49,480 bases of DNA from Catajapyx aquilonaris (lineage: Eukaryota): the NCBI GenBank assembly GCA_000934665.2, contig KZ538755.1, positions 1 through 49,480 of the forward strand, read 5' to 3'. The position numbers and the translations under genes were made by a program. The notes beneath the pieces are model-generated. The model did no database searches. It was not told the origin of the DNA and worked only from the letters and a program-made list of their open reading frames with translations. Position 1 is the stretch's first letter, and each line of letters opens with the position of its first letter. Below, one piece after another: positions 37,801 through 49,480 of this stretch.

Positions 37801-40226
37801 GCGGTTGTCTGATATCCGTGTCGGGGGAACAGAAGTGGTCGGCGGGTGGTAGAGGATTCATTCCTGCTGTCGGGATCCATTTGCTGGGATTAGCCTCAAC
37901 TAGAGCCATGAATTCCTTAGGTTTGCGTAGGTTGGATTAGGAAGGGTCACGACACAGTTTGTACAGTACGTCACAAACTTCTAGGAAAACAATAATATTG
38001 AAATGCCTAAATCACACCCCTGCAAAATTCTTTTCCTCTACGATGGATGCGAACACATCCCAGTTAACCTCCATCATTCTTGCCCCAGAATTTGAACTCT
38101 GCGACGGAAATTCCGCAGCTGATGAAACAATCAGGGCAGACCTGTGCATTAGCAGACCCAGGCATTTAATCAAGGAAGTGAATGATATGCTCAAATATTT
38201 AAAGAGCACCGGAAGCGAGACCGCCAAGTTGGCTGATTCCAATGCGATTAATATCCAAATTACTCCAGCTTATTATTGATCAGCACCTGCTGACAAGTTC
38301 CCCGAGTTTCTCGCTCGAGAGCCCATAAGAAGCTGGAACAAAGTCAGGCTCCGACACGAGCATAATCTTCTTCCGAGGGGGGAGAACTTGCACTATTAGG
38401 AAAAGCATGAAGAGCAGGCGCTGCAATGTTCATCCAAGCGACTTAAGTACAGCAAATGAATCAAACTGTCTGGCGCTCGACCCTCATCCGCGAATCGGGT
38501 TCTACCCGTTCTGTTATTTCAATTCGAGCCCCGTGGCCACAAGGTAAGTAGGAAGAAAGGGGGTAGGGCCAATGAACTCCATCTTGCAAATCTCGCCAAC
38601 AGGGACAATGCATTAATTCGGAATCTGTTCTGCCTCTACCCGCTAGCACAATGAAGCTGCACATGATTGGAAGTGACGTTCTGCTCATCACTTCCAGAAA
38701 GGGGCTCAGATGGGAAATGGACTAACGCCAAGACCATCTGCAATGCTGATCGATATTTGCGACGTGCACGTTGTACTGTAGGCCTTTCACGATACATATA
38801 AACACTACGGCACGAATGATGGGAATCGTGCTGGCAAAACAACCGGCCATTTACGGCCCTTCGTGTATCAATTGCCCTTTGATCGGGTCATTTTTTGCAG
38901 GCAGGTTCCCTCCAGTGCAATTCGCTCTCGGAGCTGCGTCAAGGGATGCCAGGGGTTTATGTAATTCCCGTTTGTGGATTGTACACAAAAATGACGTAAC
39001 AAGGCACAGTCCGCATCTATCGGATAGATCGTGATCAAAGAGCGGGGTTACCTATATATGAAACAGCTTTATGCTATCGTTTGTAATGGCTCATATTTGT
39101 TTATGACGTAAAACAAATGACTTGTCTCACACCGGCTGTCAAAGAAGCACATTTGTCAGCCTGCCCCCGACACTGGCCACTGATTTGGTCAGATGAGGGA
39201 TCACTCAATTCCTTCAGGTCAACCTCTTTTTTACACGAAAAGAACACATGCGACTTTTGAACCTCTCAAAGGTAAGGATAAAACGGAAAGTCATTTTCAA
39301 TATGAATCGATGCTGTCTGCTTATTTGGCCCTTTGCTGATACATATAACTCTTTTGCTCTCAAACCTGGTTCATATATTATGAACAGTTCGTGTTCCCAT
39401 CCTAGTTTTCCCTGTAAAAGGTATCGATTATCCCCACTTTACAACGCAAAGCAACTTGAAAAACACGGCTCGATAGTAATAATCGTACATTAGCCTACTG
39501 ACATACCCCTCGCTAATGTAAGCTCGGAGACTAAAATCTGACCAAAATGTATTAGCACTCCAGGCTGTGGAAAATCCTTCACTCTCACACCGTATCCCAA
39601 GTCCCCTTATATGTATTCAACCTTTCAACCCAGGCAGGCTTTCCCCCAGCCATCCCACCCCACCCTAGAAAAATCCCCAATCTCTCTCCTCACGTCTTTT
39701 CGCCTGCCTGTGTGCTAAATCAATAAAACGAAGCCTTGGTATCGGGGAGCTTCAAGTGCTGGCCTGCCGTTAAGGATGGTCCCAATCTGTGCGATGGCCT
39801 GCGAGGAATGAACGGAGAAGGATTCCCAAGAGCTATATCTGCCCTTCATCAAAGCTCCCGGCTTTACCTCTTCTCTCCCTTTTTTGCACTACCTGGAGAG
39901 CTATACGCTGTTCTGCCTACGGCCGCTCTTTTCTTCCTTTCTGTGGAATTGGAGATTGATGAGCAGCCAAGCTCCCCATCCCTTGCCACCCCCCCTATCC
40001 CCCCCTCTTGTGCTATGGTGCTTCGCTTTGTTCGTCAAATTGCATTGGAGTTTCCATCGCACGCTAGCCAGTTAAGGAGCCACTCCCTCAACTACCTGAT
40101 TGCTTAAATGGGTCTCACCTCCCAGGTGACTACCTTACACCTCAATGAATTGGCGCCAGTAGCATATGACGGGCCTCTACGGGCCATGCCGTTTGTGGTC
40201 AAAGATGGAGGGAACTGGACTCAAAA

Positions 40227-40238
40227 TGCGCATGCGCA
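40227..40238. promoter_or_regulatory. Perfect NRF-1/Erect wing-type palindrome
   Basis: TGCGCATGCGCA, a 12-bp exact match to the NRF-1 consensus. Confidence 0.35.
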
Positions 40239-43200
40239 GACCCAGTGTTGAAAGGCCCACTTAACATTTTCCAGGTGCTAAAATATTCTTCGGAATTAAA
40301 TTTTGACTCGTGACAGCGGAAGAACACGAGTTGGCTCTAAAAAGCCATGCACCTTCCGGCGTCTGGAGTTGAGCGGACCACCAAATTATGCCCGTCTTGT
40401 TTTAGAGACGTCGTCAAATGGTACTTCTCGGAGGTTTCACTCTGTCATGATTTATGTAGGAATGGTGTTTTCCCCAACCCGCGCTCCGCAGAAACTGGAA
40501 AGTTTGTCATGAAAGGGGGATAGGGAGGGGGGGTGAGTGACTTCCATTGGCGCCCCCTTGTTTTCCAGCCAGCCAAAATGCCAACTTGACGCCGGGTGAT
40601 TGAAAGTCATTTTCAGAATGATACTCACGCTTGTTGGAATCCGATTAGCACGGCTTCCTCATTTCCAAGGACACACCCCTAATCCCCCCAGTTCCCCTAA
40701 AAGTAAAATTCTAGGAGAGGCAGGGGGAGAGGGGCTGATTGGGTTAAATGCGGAAGCGGTTGGTACTCTGCCACACTCGGAAGACATTTCCTCCGGAGCT
40801 AGTAATGGTTACGACAAATGCGATTGTCTCTGGAGCGGCGTGATCCCATCTGGGAGCTCCCTTGGGAAACTGCAAGGAGGAAAGCTGAAGCCAGAAACAG
40901 CCAGGGCTTCTCTGTCTCCAACCAAACTCAAACCACACAAAGAAGGCACCAGTATTGACTCCCATTTTTATCCTCCTCCTCAATATCTCAGGATGGAATT
41001 TCTTCGATCAATGATTGGTCTCCAGCATCAAAATTTTAAGCGCATTTCTATCCCTAGCCGTTTCCGAGAGATGAATTTTCAGAAGATCCCCTCTGGAGAA
41101 GTGTATGTAGGAGTGTAGATGTGACGTCTTATAATGTGCAGTAGTTTCCAACTTGGAGCCTGGGTAACGGTTTTTCTGCACTTGCCTATATACAATGTCT
41201 TGCGGCATAGTTCGTCAAGTTTTCTTCGCTTGCGACCTAGTTACAGAACTTTTTAGCTTGCGGTTTTCTTCATGAAAAACTCGTCCCGCACATAATAAAA
41301 GTAGGAAGAGCGATTTGCCTGTACGCAATGGTAAAGTTCAAAATTTGTTTTTGCTGCATGCAGCAAAGTTTGCTAATTGAAAAGCTGACGTGAACGCATC
41401 ACGTCCCTCCAAGCTTGTGCGGTGAATTATTTAGGAGTTTGAAAAAAACCTACCACAACCGGGATTTTATATAATGAAATGAACCCGTCAGAACGTAGGT
41501 GAGCAAAATTTCATTGTTATCACACTTCCAAGCTCCGCATTTCCCGTATTACCCGGTATTACCTGATTTCATGCTCCGTTGTGCCGGCAAAGGAGCAGAG
41601 TGCCTCAAAACACCTGCCACAGAACCAACTTTGACAAAAATGATAACACTCGCAAACTATAAAATGGCCATCCCCCCCCCCTTTATTTCCAGCACCGCAT
41701 TTAACCAGCGCTAATTAAAACACGGGCGTGCAATAATACAAAATGACGCCAACATGCAACCCCTGTATGATGCTAACAGATAATTAATTTATGCCCCCTC
41801 AAAACAACCGCGGCGTCCTCTCTACGCGGTCAGGCAGTTAGTTGTCCTCTGAGCACGATCGAGAGTTAATTCAAACTCCGGGATGATGCACTATAGAACA
41901 CCGTACAGCTACACACACCCACACACCACACACACACACGCTGGGCTGGGAAATCGAAGGGGTGTGTGTGCCTGAGGGGGAGGGTTCCCCACCAAAATCA
42001 GCTCTGGTTGATCCGCTTGTTTCTAGCCCTCTAGCCCCACCCAGACCCCCTTTATCCAAGCTGGTCAACTAGCTGGTCAAACATTTGCGCTGCCGCAGGA
42101 ATGCAACGCGGACGCTCCAAAATGGCCGCAGGGGTTCGCTACTGATTGCAGCTCTACCACCTAACATTACTCGCTTCATTATTTTTCTTTGCGAGAAAAT
42201 GTAGCATTTCATATTGCTTGTCGTGTAAAAGTGTGGGCTCTATAACTTCCAAGGTTGATGAATGCACATGCACCCTTTGGTCCAACTCAGGCGTTATTAT
42301 GATATTAGGTCCGGGGGAATTGATGATGACTCGCAACAGCGGCCAACCCAGTGATGCTGTTCTGGGAGATTAATTCCGACTGCAATCAAAAGGCAAACAG
42401 TGTGCCATAATCGTTCGGGACACGTGTGAATTACAACACGCTAATAGTTACTAAAGTCCGGCTGCCGGACGAACACTCTATGATTACAATCGCTCTATTC
42501 ACTGCGAATAGAACGCCCCTCGACTGATCCTATTCAGGTGTTTGCGGTATAGTTTTGCAACTTCCACATCCGTGCCAAACTTACTGCAGATTCATTACTG
42601 CTAATGGTGTTCCGGCTTAGCCTATACTGCCTGCATAGCCAACTGATTACACGTGAAATGCGTTGGGTTGGGACAGAAGTCCTGCTCGGTCCTTTATTAT
42701 TGGGGCCCACTGCGGAAATTACTGGCTATTTTTGTTTCTTCTGTTAGAAATGTACTATAAAACACCTATTTCGCTTTTCTCCCTGATTGCTTCACTTAAC
42801 ATTATGAAATCGGCCAAGTACTTCGCATAATATGAATTGTAAATTTTCCTTCTATTTTTCAAGTGATAAAATAATTAAGGGGAACTAAAATGACGTAGAC
42901 AGTTCAAGCTAAAATTTGCGACTGTCCATGCTAATAAAATATTCAAATATTTGTCTATTACAAAACCCTGACCGAAAAATTGCACGTTGCACTAGAGAGC
43001 AAAAGAAACAGTTTCCTTTATTCCCACTTAAAACCGCGAACCGCCTGTTTGTCATATCAAGTAAATACTGCAAGTTCCGTATTATTCAACAGAGGATAAG
43101 TCAAGCATTTCTGTTCTGAAATTTTCTCTCCTGTCCCTGCCGCCGTAGCAATTCCCTGAAGGGTGGAATGTCAGGCCGAATGTAAACTTCGTCTCCGCCT

Positions 43201-46200
43201 TGGCAAGCAAGACGTCTGGAAAATAAAGTCCTGCTCCAGGCAGCTGCCTGCATGGGCGAAGGCGAAAACGGCTCAAGTAGGGTCTGTCAGTCACTATCCG
43301 GGGTCCATCCCCCGGATCCGGTACCGCCCTGCCCTCCCAGCCCAAGGGAACCAGACAGAGATGCTATGATCATAATTGGACCAGCAGCAGCCAAACTGGA
43401 AAAGGCGCTGCCATGACATACAGCCCTTTATTGCACTTTCGCTGTCAAGCCCTCTAGAAAGAGACGTCCAGTCTTTTTGTGCGAATTATTACGTCTCCAA
43501 GGCAATACGCGGTTGGACGTCCGATTGCTTTTTGTCGCATTCCTCTGACATTGGAATAAATGTTTCGCGTTGATTGCGTACGTGCTTGACGCGTTTGAGC
43601 ATGGTATGCGGCAGAAAGGGAGGAAATGAGCTGATTTTCTCCAGTTCAGATAGGATATAGACTATTTTTAGAACAAAAATGTCTTAGCGGATGAAGGAAT
43701 AATTATTAGAATATCCGGTTTCGCAAATTTGCATCAATTTTATAGCCACAAGAGAGGAAATCAAGTTAAATGTCGATCAGGTGTAGAAAAATCATTCGAC
43801 CATGCTCTTTTTATCACTTTAGGGAGCTCTCTTGATGGTTCAGTTTGCCGCTATAGACGTGCGATATTGATGCTTTTTTCTCTTGGCAAGTCGGGGTTGC
43901 TAGCTATACATTGTGCAACGAGCATTGAGCGGGCATTGATTTTATTAAATATGGGGAGGCGGATTGAAGCTATACGATAATGTACGCGCCCACGGATGAA
44001 AGGGTCCCGGCCTCGATCCCAAGCCCGGGTCTTCTCCCCCTTAATCTCGAGCCGGTCATCATTGGCTTGGCTCTGACCACTCGTGGAAACTCACAAAATA
44101 GCCAAACAACGACAATGCACCTGCACCTTGCACTTCCCCTCCCACTCACACCTGACTGCGTATCCCGGCGCTTCACAAAAAATTCTAATATGTATACTAC
44201 GGTATAAATAATAATCGTCCGTGCAAGTACGCCCTACACCTTTTCCGGCACCTTCTGTGGCCATATTAAATATGAAAAAATTGCATATTTTCAATCCAAG
44301 ATTTTCACTCTCCAGAGAACCGATACTTATAAACTGAGCTTTACCTTTTTATCTAATTTTATTCTAAACAAACTCCGCTAATTGGTATATCGACAAATCA
44401 ATATTCTGACAGGGGTCCTTTTTATATCCCCCCCCCCCTTCTGTAAAATTCAATCTCGAGAGGCAACACCTACACCCACTGCCAACCACCAGTCCAGTCC
44501 AATCATGATAAATCAGGACGACATGAGGATCGCAATGAAGCAGAATTTCCATGTCTGGCATTTGACACACGGTATTTCGGAATTATTAACTGCAAGACAT
44601 GAGACATTATTACATGGCAATTACTGCCAGATAAAATTGTAATCGCCGGATCTTCAAAACTCAGCAAAGATCATCTCTGTGTATGTTACCGTTTTTGAAT
44701 TTAAAAAATATGCGCCATGACTTACGAATCAACCCTCGTAAAATTGTATTACTCTCTTACTGTGTGACTTAAATCTACATGCTGCAATCTGCAATCAAAT
44801 GTAAATTTGAAGAATAAATTAGATTACTTGGAGACCAACATCCAAGAGCACAGACAGTATAGGCTACAATATTCCTGAGTCTGTATCGTAACACTACAAT
44901 GAAAAATAACACCACAACATGCTGGGGCAAAATTACAGATAAAAAAATCGTGGTGGGAAGACTGGGAACTGCAACAGTTAAGAAGAAATCTTCAAAGGTG
45001 TGGCTGCGGGCATATTTTAATTGCTCCGAAAATTACTGAGTTTTGAAGCCAAGGACATATACGTAAAAGCAGAATATTATAGACTACCTCAAAACTGTCC
45101 TTTCTCGCCATTGCCAATGACAAAGCATATAATAAAAATATCAGCGGGAAGGTCTGAGATGCGCGCTTGAATTTCTAGGAGTAACGTTAGGCAGTACATA
45201 TCTGAGAGCGAGAGTGTTCCTGAAATAAACATTTATTGCCCATTATTGGCCATTTACAATCGTTGAGCGAGACGGGGCTACCTAATGGCTCTCAATGCGG
45301 CAGGCTGACGAGAAGAAGGGCAGTCGATTTTTCTTGCACGTGCAGCCCATTTCATTGAAAATAAATTTTATTATTGACGTAAGAGGCTCGTAAATGAATC
45401 CTTATGGCCAGCAAATCTTCATTTATTGCTGCAGAAAAACCGGGGACATACTTAGGATCCTTTCAGATCCTAAGGCGTAAATTAAACCAATCATGGCTTA
45501 CCCCCCAAACGGTCAGATGCAGGCCATCATTTCATTAATTCATAGCAACCTGTTGCACCTCTAGGTTTATCTCTCCAATCTTGATTCTACTTACTGATGC
45601 CTACCAATTCCCTCGGTTTTTTTTTTCCTTTCTCATCATCCACGTGACATAGCGTACCTCTCCGGGGACTAATTATCCAAAATAAGTTCCCCTCCGCGCG
45701 CCGTAACTTGGCCATTAACCAACGTCACTTCCCTTTGCACATTATCGAGTGTTTTCAGCAAGACTCGCTAATGGAGCACAGCACTTGTTTCCCAACGCAG
45801 GAAAATCCTCTGATGCAAGACGTACTCGGGGTCCCTAGAATTACATCCTTTTTCACTAAAATAAAGCCCACTTGCAAAAAGTCACTATACTTCCTCTCCC
45901 TGCTCTTGCCCCCTCCCCCCCCCCCCTCCCTTTCCCTATAACGTTAGTGGAGCACTTTAGCTGAGACTAGGAGTGCGTCCCAGTTGAAATGCCTTTTCCG
46001 AACTTTCGGAGGGAAAGCGGGGCATTACTAGAAGTAAAATTGGTTAAATCCGACCGTTGTGAGCGCCAAATCCCTCGGACATGTATGACTCGTAGTGTCG
46101 CCTAATCTCCTCACGCACTAAACAGTGACGGGTATTTTTTTTTCTCTTACAGTAAGTGTTGATTTACGGATAGGCGTGTGCTGTTACGGTCGCGTAGTTT

Positions 46201-46905
46201 CACTAACGGAATGTTTTACAGGATCAAAATAATGAATTGATCCCTAGATGGTTGCGGATAATGGATCACCACGGTACTGTTCATCACGGAAGCTCCGATA
46301 CGACACTAATTTATTGCTATTGCAGAAGAACTGCGCAATATGCTGTCTTATACCCCTTATATCATTACTGCGCTTTAGCGCATCCACGCAAAGCTTGTCA
46401 ACAGTATAGATGCGACCCAAATTCCATTGCATAATGCATCTCTCCAGACTACTATACTGCATGGAATTCAACAGTGTAAATTGTTACACTAGACAATCAT
46501 GGGCAGGTGGTGTTGGGTCGACTGTTTATAGTCGCCAACCAGCACTACTTTTTTCCCCGCTGTAAAATACTCCAACATTTCCCGCAAGGCATATTTTTAC
46601 TATTAATTTTTAAACAAGTTTCGGGAAAGTACTCCCCCATCCCCGATCCATGTTTTCAAAAGGGACTAGTTAGGACCATAATTGTCAGCATAAAAACCAA
46701 CATATTTGCGGCATTCTCCAGCAACCCATGCAGTCATTTGTCACTGGTACAGTACCTACAACAATCAGGATATTGCGGCTCCTAACAATTACACGAGTCC
46801 CACATAACAGTTGATAAATGTGCATCGTTAGACAAAATAGTGACAGAGTTGCCATTCAAAAATGACCCATACCTCGATGACCATGCATGTGAACGTGAAA
46901 CTTAC

Positions 46906-46993
46906 CAGCCACAAAACTCTTCTCCGGCAGCATCGCTTGGACCATGGCGATGAGCATCAAGAGCCGCACACTAAGCACTGGAGTCGCTGCCAT
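46906..46993 (-). CDS. First coding exon (signal peptide) of a probable secreted or cell-surface protein; remaining exons not identified
   Basis: On the - strand: start context gacATGG, translation MAATPVLSVRLLMLIAMVQAMLPEKSFVA plus one G, then a consensus donor CTG|GTAAGT at 46906/46905 (phase 1). The peptide has a basic residue, a hydrophobic core and an Ala-ending c-region. The exon and its upstream UTR-like segment are GC-rich against AT-rich flanks. It is too short to appear in the ORF track. Confidence 0.6.
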
Positions 46994-47920
46994 GTCGAGC
47001 AGGCCAGCCTTGACGCGTGACCTGGTCAGACTGTGGTGTTTCGGGACTAGCTGTCCCTCGACTGGCCGACTGCTGGTGATATGCCTGCCCCTAGTTCGCC
47101 TGCTGGATGGAGTCTGGTTTCCAAGGCAGCCAGCAGTTTGTGCGGTGGCCCCTTTCCGCTTTTGCAGCGCATGTGCCGCATGCAGCTTGGGCTATTTTCT
47201 CCGTACGGACAAATCCGGCGCGGCTTCTTATCCCCAAGGCGCGTCATTTTTGCATGCTGGATGTAGCTTTCCATCAAAGGCCCTATCCCACGGATCCTTC
47301 TAGTCATAATTCTGCTTGTCTTGTTACGTAAGTCTTGTCATGTACTTCCCTGGTAAATGTCAGTTCCCGTGGCCACTCAAATAAGGGGAGAAATTAAATT
47401 TGCCGAACTTGATGGTTTTTACAGGTGAGAGAGCGATTGTCTATATTTTTCACTTGGGAATTCATGAGTCCCATACAGAGAGATTACTCAAAAGCTCGAC
47501 TGAGAATGGTGTTTTATCGTATCATACAACCAAAGACCAAACACAAGCAACTTTACCTGGCCTCCAGCTCTAATATATTGTGGAAGAAATTATAAATGAT
47601 AAAACTTTAAACTTCTTTGCTTTCTTTACAGAATCCTACCTTCTAAGATATATTAATACATTGAATATTTTTTTAATGATCAATACTGTCTTGAAATATG
47701 AAAAAATATTATGCCCAGTTCGAAATTATTTACCTTAACTACTGTATACATTTAAAAATTAATAATTATGAGATTTATGACAATAGGTGTGCCTCTTCAC
47801 GACCCCATTATAAGGTACAAAAATATCAAGCAATTCATCATTCATTTTCGCAAATCTGTGACCATTGTAGGAAATTACTCCAGCCATCAGAGACTATTTC
47901 AGATTCGCTACATAAGTTAT

Positions 47921-47980
47921 AATAATATAATAATAATAATAATAATTTATTACGCCATGGGGGTTACCCCTTAGGGCGGT
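47921..47980 (-). mobile_element. 60-bp 5'-truncated non-LTR retroposon 3' end with 18-bp TSD
   Basis: TSD ATTCGCTACATAAGTTAT at 47903-47920 and 47981-47998. The insert on the - strand reads ACCGCCCTAAGGGGTAACCCCCATGGCGTAATAAA followed by a (TTA)n tail. Confidence 0.8.
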
Positions 47981-48790
47981 ATTCGCTACATAAGTTATCA
48001 AAATAATATGCCTATTTCAAAATTGCCATGGGACAACAATGAGCGATGAGATGATTACACATGGGAGAGCATGGGCGCATGGTAGGCTGTCTACAATTTC
48101 TCCTTTCATATAGATTTATGATAAAATAAATAACCTTGGTATATATTAGGACATGAGTTATTGATTTCCTTCCCTATAGGAAGTACAATCTTTTTCTTAA
48201 AAATTTTGTATTTCAGATTCTTCAGCGGCAATATTCACAAAAAATTAGCAATAAAATAAAGGTAATTACGCGATGATGCATTTTTAACATGTCCTTTGTG
48301 ACATATTTTAATGCAACTCCTCTCTCCGCGTTGACATGAGCTGAATTCCTGCCGGAGTCTCTCTGCAGGAGTCTCCGTCAGGGATTTTGAAGGTCCATTA
48401 GTGACATACACGGCCCGAATGACAACTTGAGGAACTGCTCTAAGCTACTTATTACTCAAGTGGCCTCCTACCGGGAAAGGGGGAATCCTGACTAATTTTC
48501 ACAAGAGATGAAAACGGTGTGAGAAAAGCAAGGTGGATGTGACCTTTTTGTTAACTTTCAGAACTGATGCATTTTACTGAGCCATTCGCCTAATTCCATT
48601 CAGATCTAATAATTCTCATACATTCAGTTGAAGATCTGAATTGTAGAAGGCTCGTAGTCACAATGGAATGATTTAGAGATATGAAGGATTGGAATTTGAA
48701 TATTGCATCATCCCTCGTGGTTTTTTTTATACAGAAGGATTCCTCCCAGATCGCTTTTTTTCTTAAACTGCCACAATCCTGATACTTTAA

Positions 48791-48917
48791 TGCCTGGTTG
48801 CACCAACAAAATTACTGGTCCGATAGCTCCTAACGGACCGATAGCACATGTTAAAAGGTCTACCTATCTGTCCATTAGGAGCTATCGGACCGGTAATTTT
48901 GTTGGTGCAACCAGGCA
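48791..48917. mobile_element. 127-bp MITE, Tourist/PIF-Harbinger-like
   Basis: Inverted arms of about 54 bp beginning TGCCTGGTTGCACCAACAAAATTAC, with 3 mismatches and a short spacer. TAA flanks both sides (48788-48790, 48918-48920), and TAA/TTA TSDs are characteristic of PIF/Harbinger elements. Confidence 0.85.
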
Positions 48918-49480
48918 TAAGTTTAAGATGAAAAAGCGACACTCTCTTGCCAGATTTGTCCTATCCCGGTATTGCGGAAATTCGCATTTGAAATTTGCAA
49001 TACTGCAATTCTTTCCAATTTACTGTAAAATCGGCACAGAAGACACCACTAACCTTAGATAATTTTCATTTAAAATTATCTGGCAATTTTGAATAAAACC
49101 CAATTTCAAAAATTACACATTGTTAACGAAAAGTAATATTTAATAAAATAAATGCTTATGCAATGCAGGATAAGGTCACTTTAAATATGGCAACATAACG
49201 GGAAAGCATGGTGTTTGGCATAACTTATTAATTTAATAAATTCCAGTTTTAGGGAACAATATTACTGGCAACTCTAAAAGTCATTCGCAATCTATCAGTG
49301 CCAAAAAATTATTTCATATTCCTGGGGTCTTCTCTGAAAATTTTAAAGCCGATGAAAATGGCAAAATTGCTCATTTCAACTGCGTATTTCCGCAACACCA
49401 GAACATATCTACGAGGGGTGTTATATAAGTTCGTGGTTTCAAGTAGACATACGCGAGATATGACAAAGAAACAATTTTAT

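Noticed and set aside
44010..44032. ATCCCAAGCCCGG resembling the twister ribozyme core
   Set aside because: The upstream CCGG strand and the downstream GGAGGG pseudoknot partner are missing.
46944..47303. 119-aa + strand ORF
   Set aside because: It is better explained as the antisense shadow of the GC-rich - strand exon and UTR, and has no domain signature.
1..49480. CRISPR arrays, prokaryotic operons, rRNA, or autonomous transposase/RT ORFs
   Set aside because: No regularly spaced direct repeats, no gene-dense organisation, and no RT, integrase or transposase motifs were recognised in any ORF.

Overview
This window is eukaryotic genomic DNA from a draft assembly (three N gaps), animal and probably insect by inference. 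It is mostly non-coding, and I found no prokaryotic operon, CRISPR array or rRNA. Nearly all entries in the ORF track look spurious. Two coding signals are supportable. (1) At the left end on the + strand is a gene encoding a divergent linker-histone H1/H5-like (H15) winged-helix domain. Its true reading frame appears to shift by one base at G957-959, and a plausible intron follows the stop codon. (2) At 46993-46906 on the - strand is an 88-nt exon encoding a signal-peptide-like N-terminus that ends in a consensus phase-1 GTAAGT donor. This suggests much of the window is one very large intron of a secreted or cell-surface protein gene. Mobile DNA with intact target-site duplications (TSDs) includes three tRNA-derived SINEs (one inserted inside another), a 60-bp 5'-truncated retroposon and a 127-bp TAA-flanked MITE. 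The SINEs are modular: two share a roughly 95-nt domain with compensatory base changes and a possible pseudoknot, and all four retroposons share a similar 3' stem-loop architecture. No database searches or folding programs were run.
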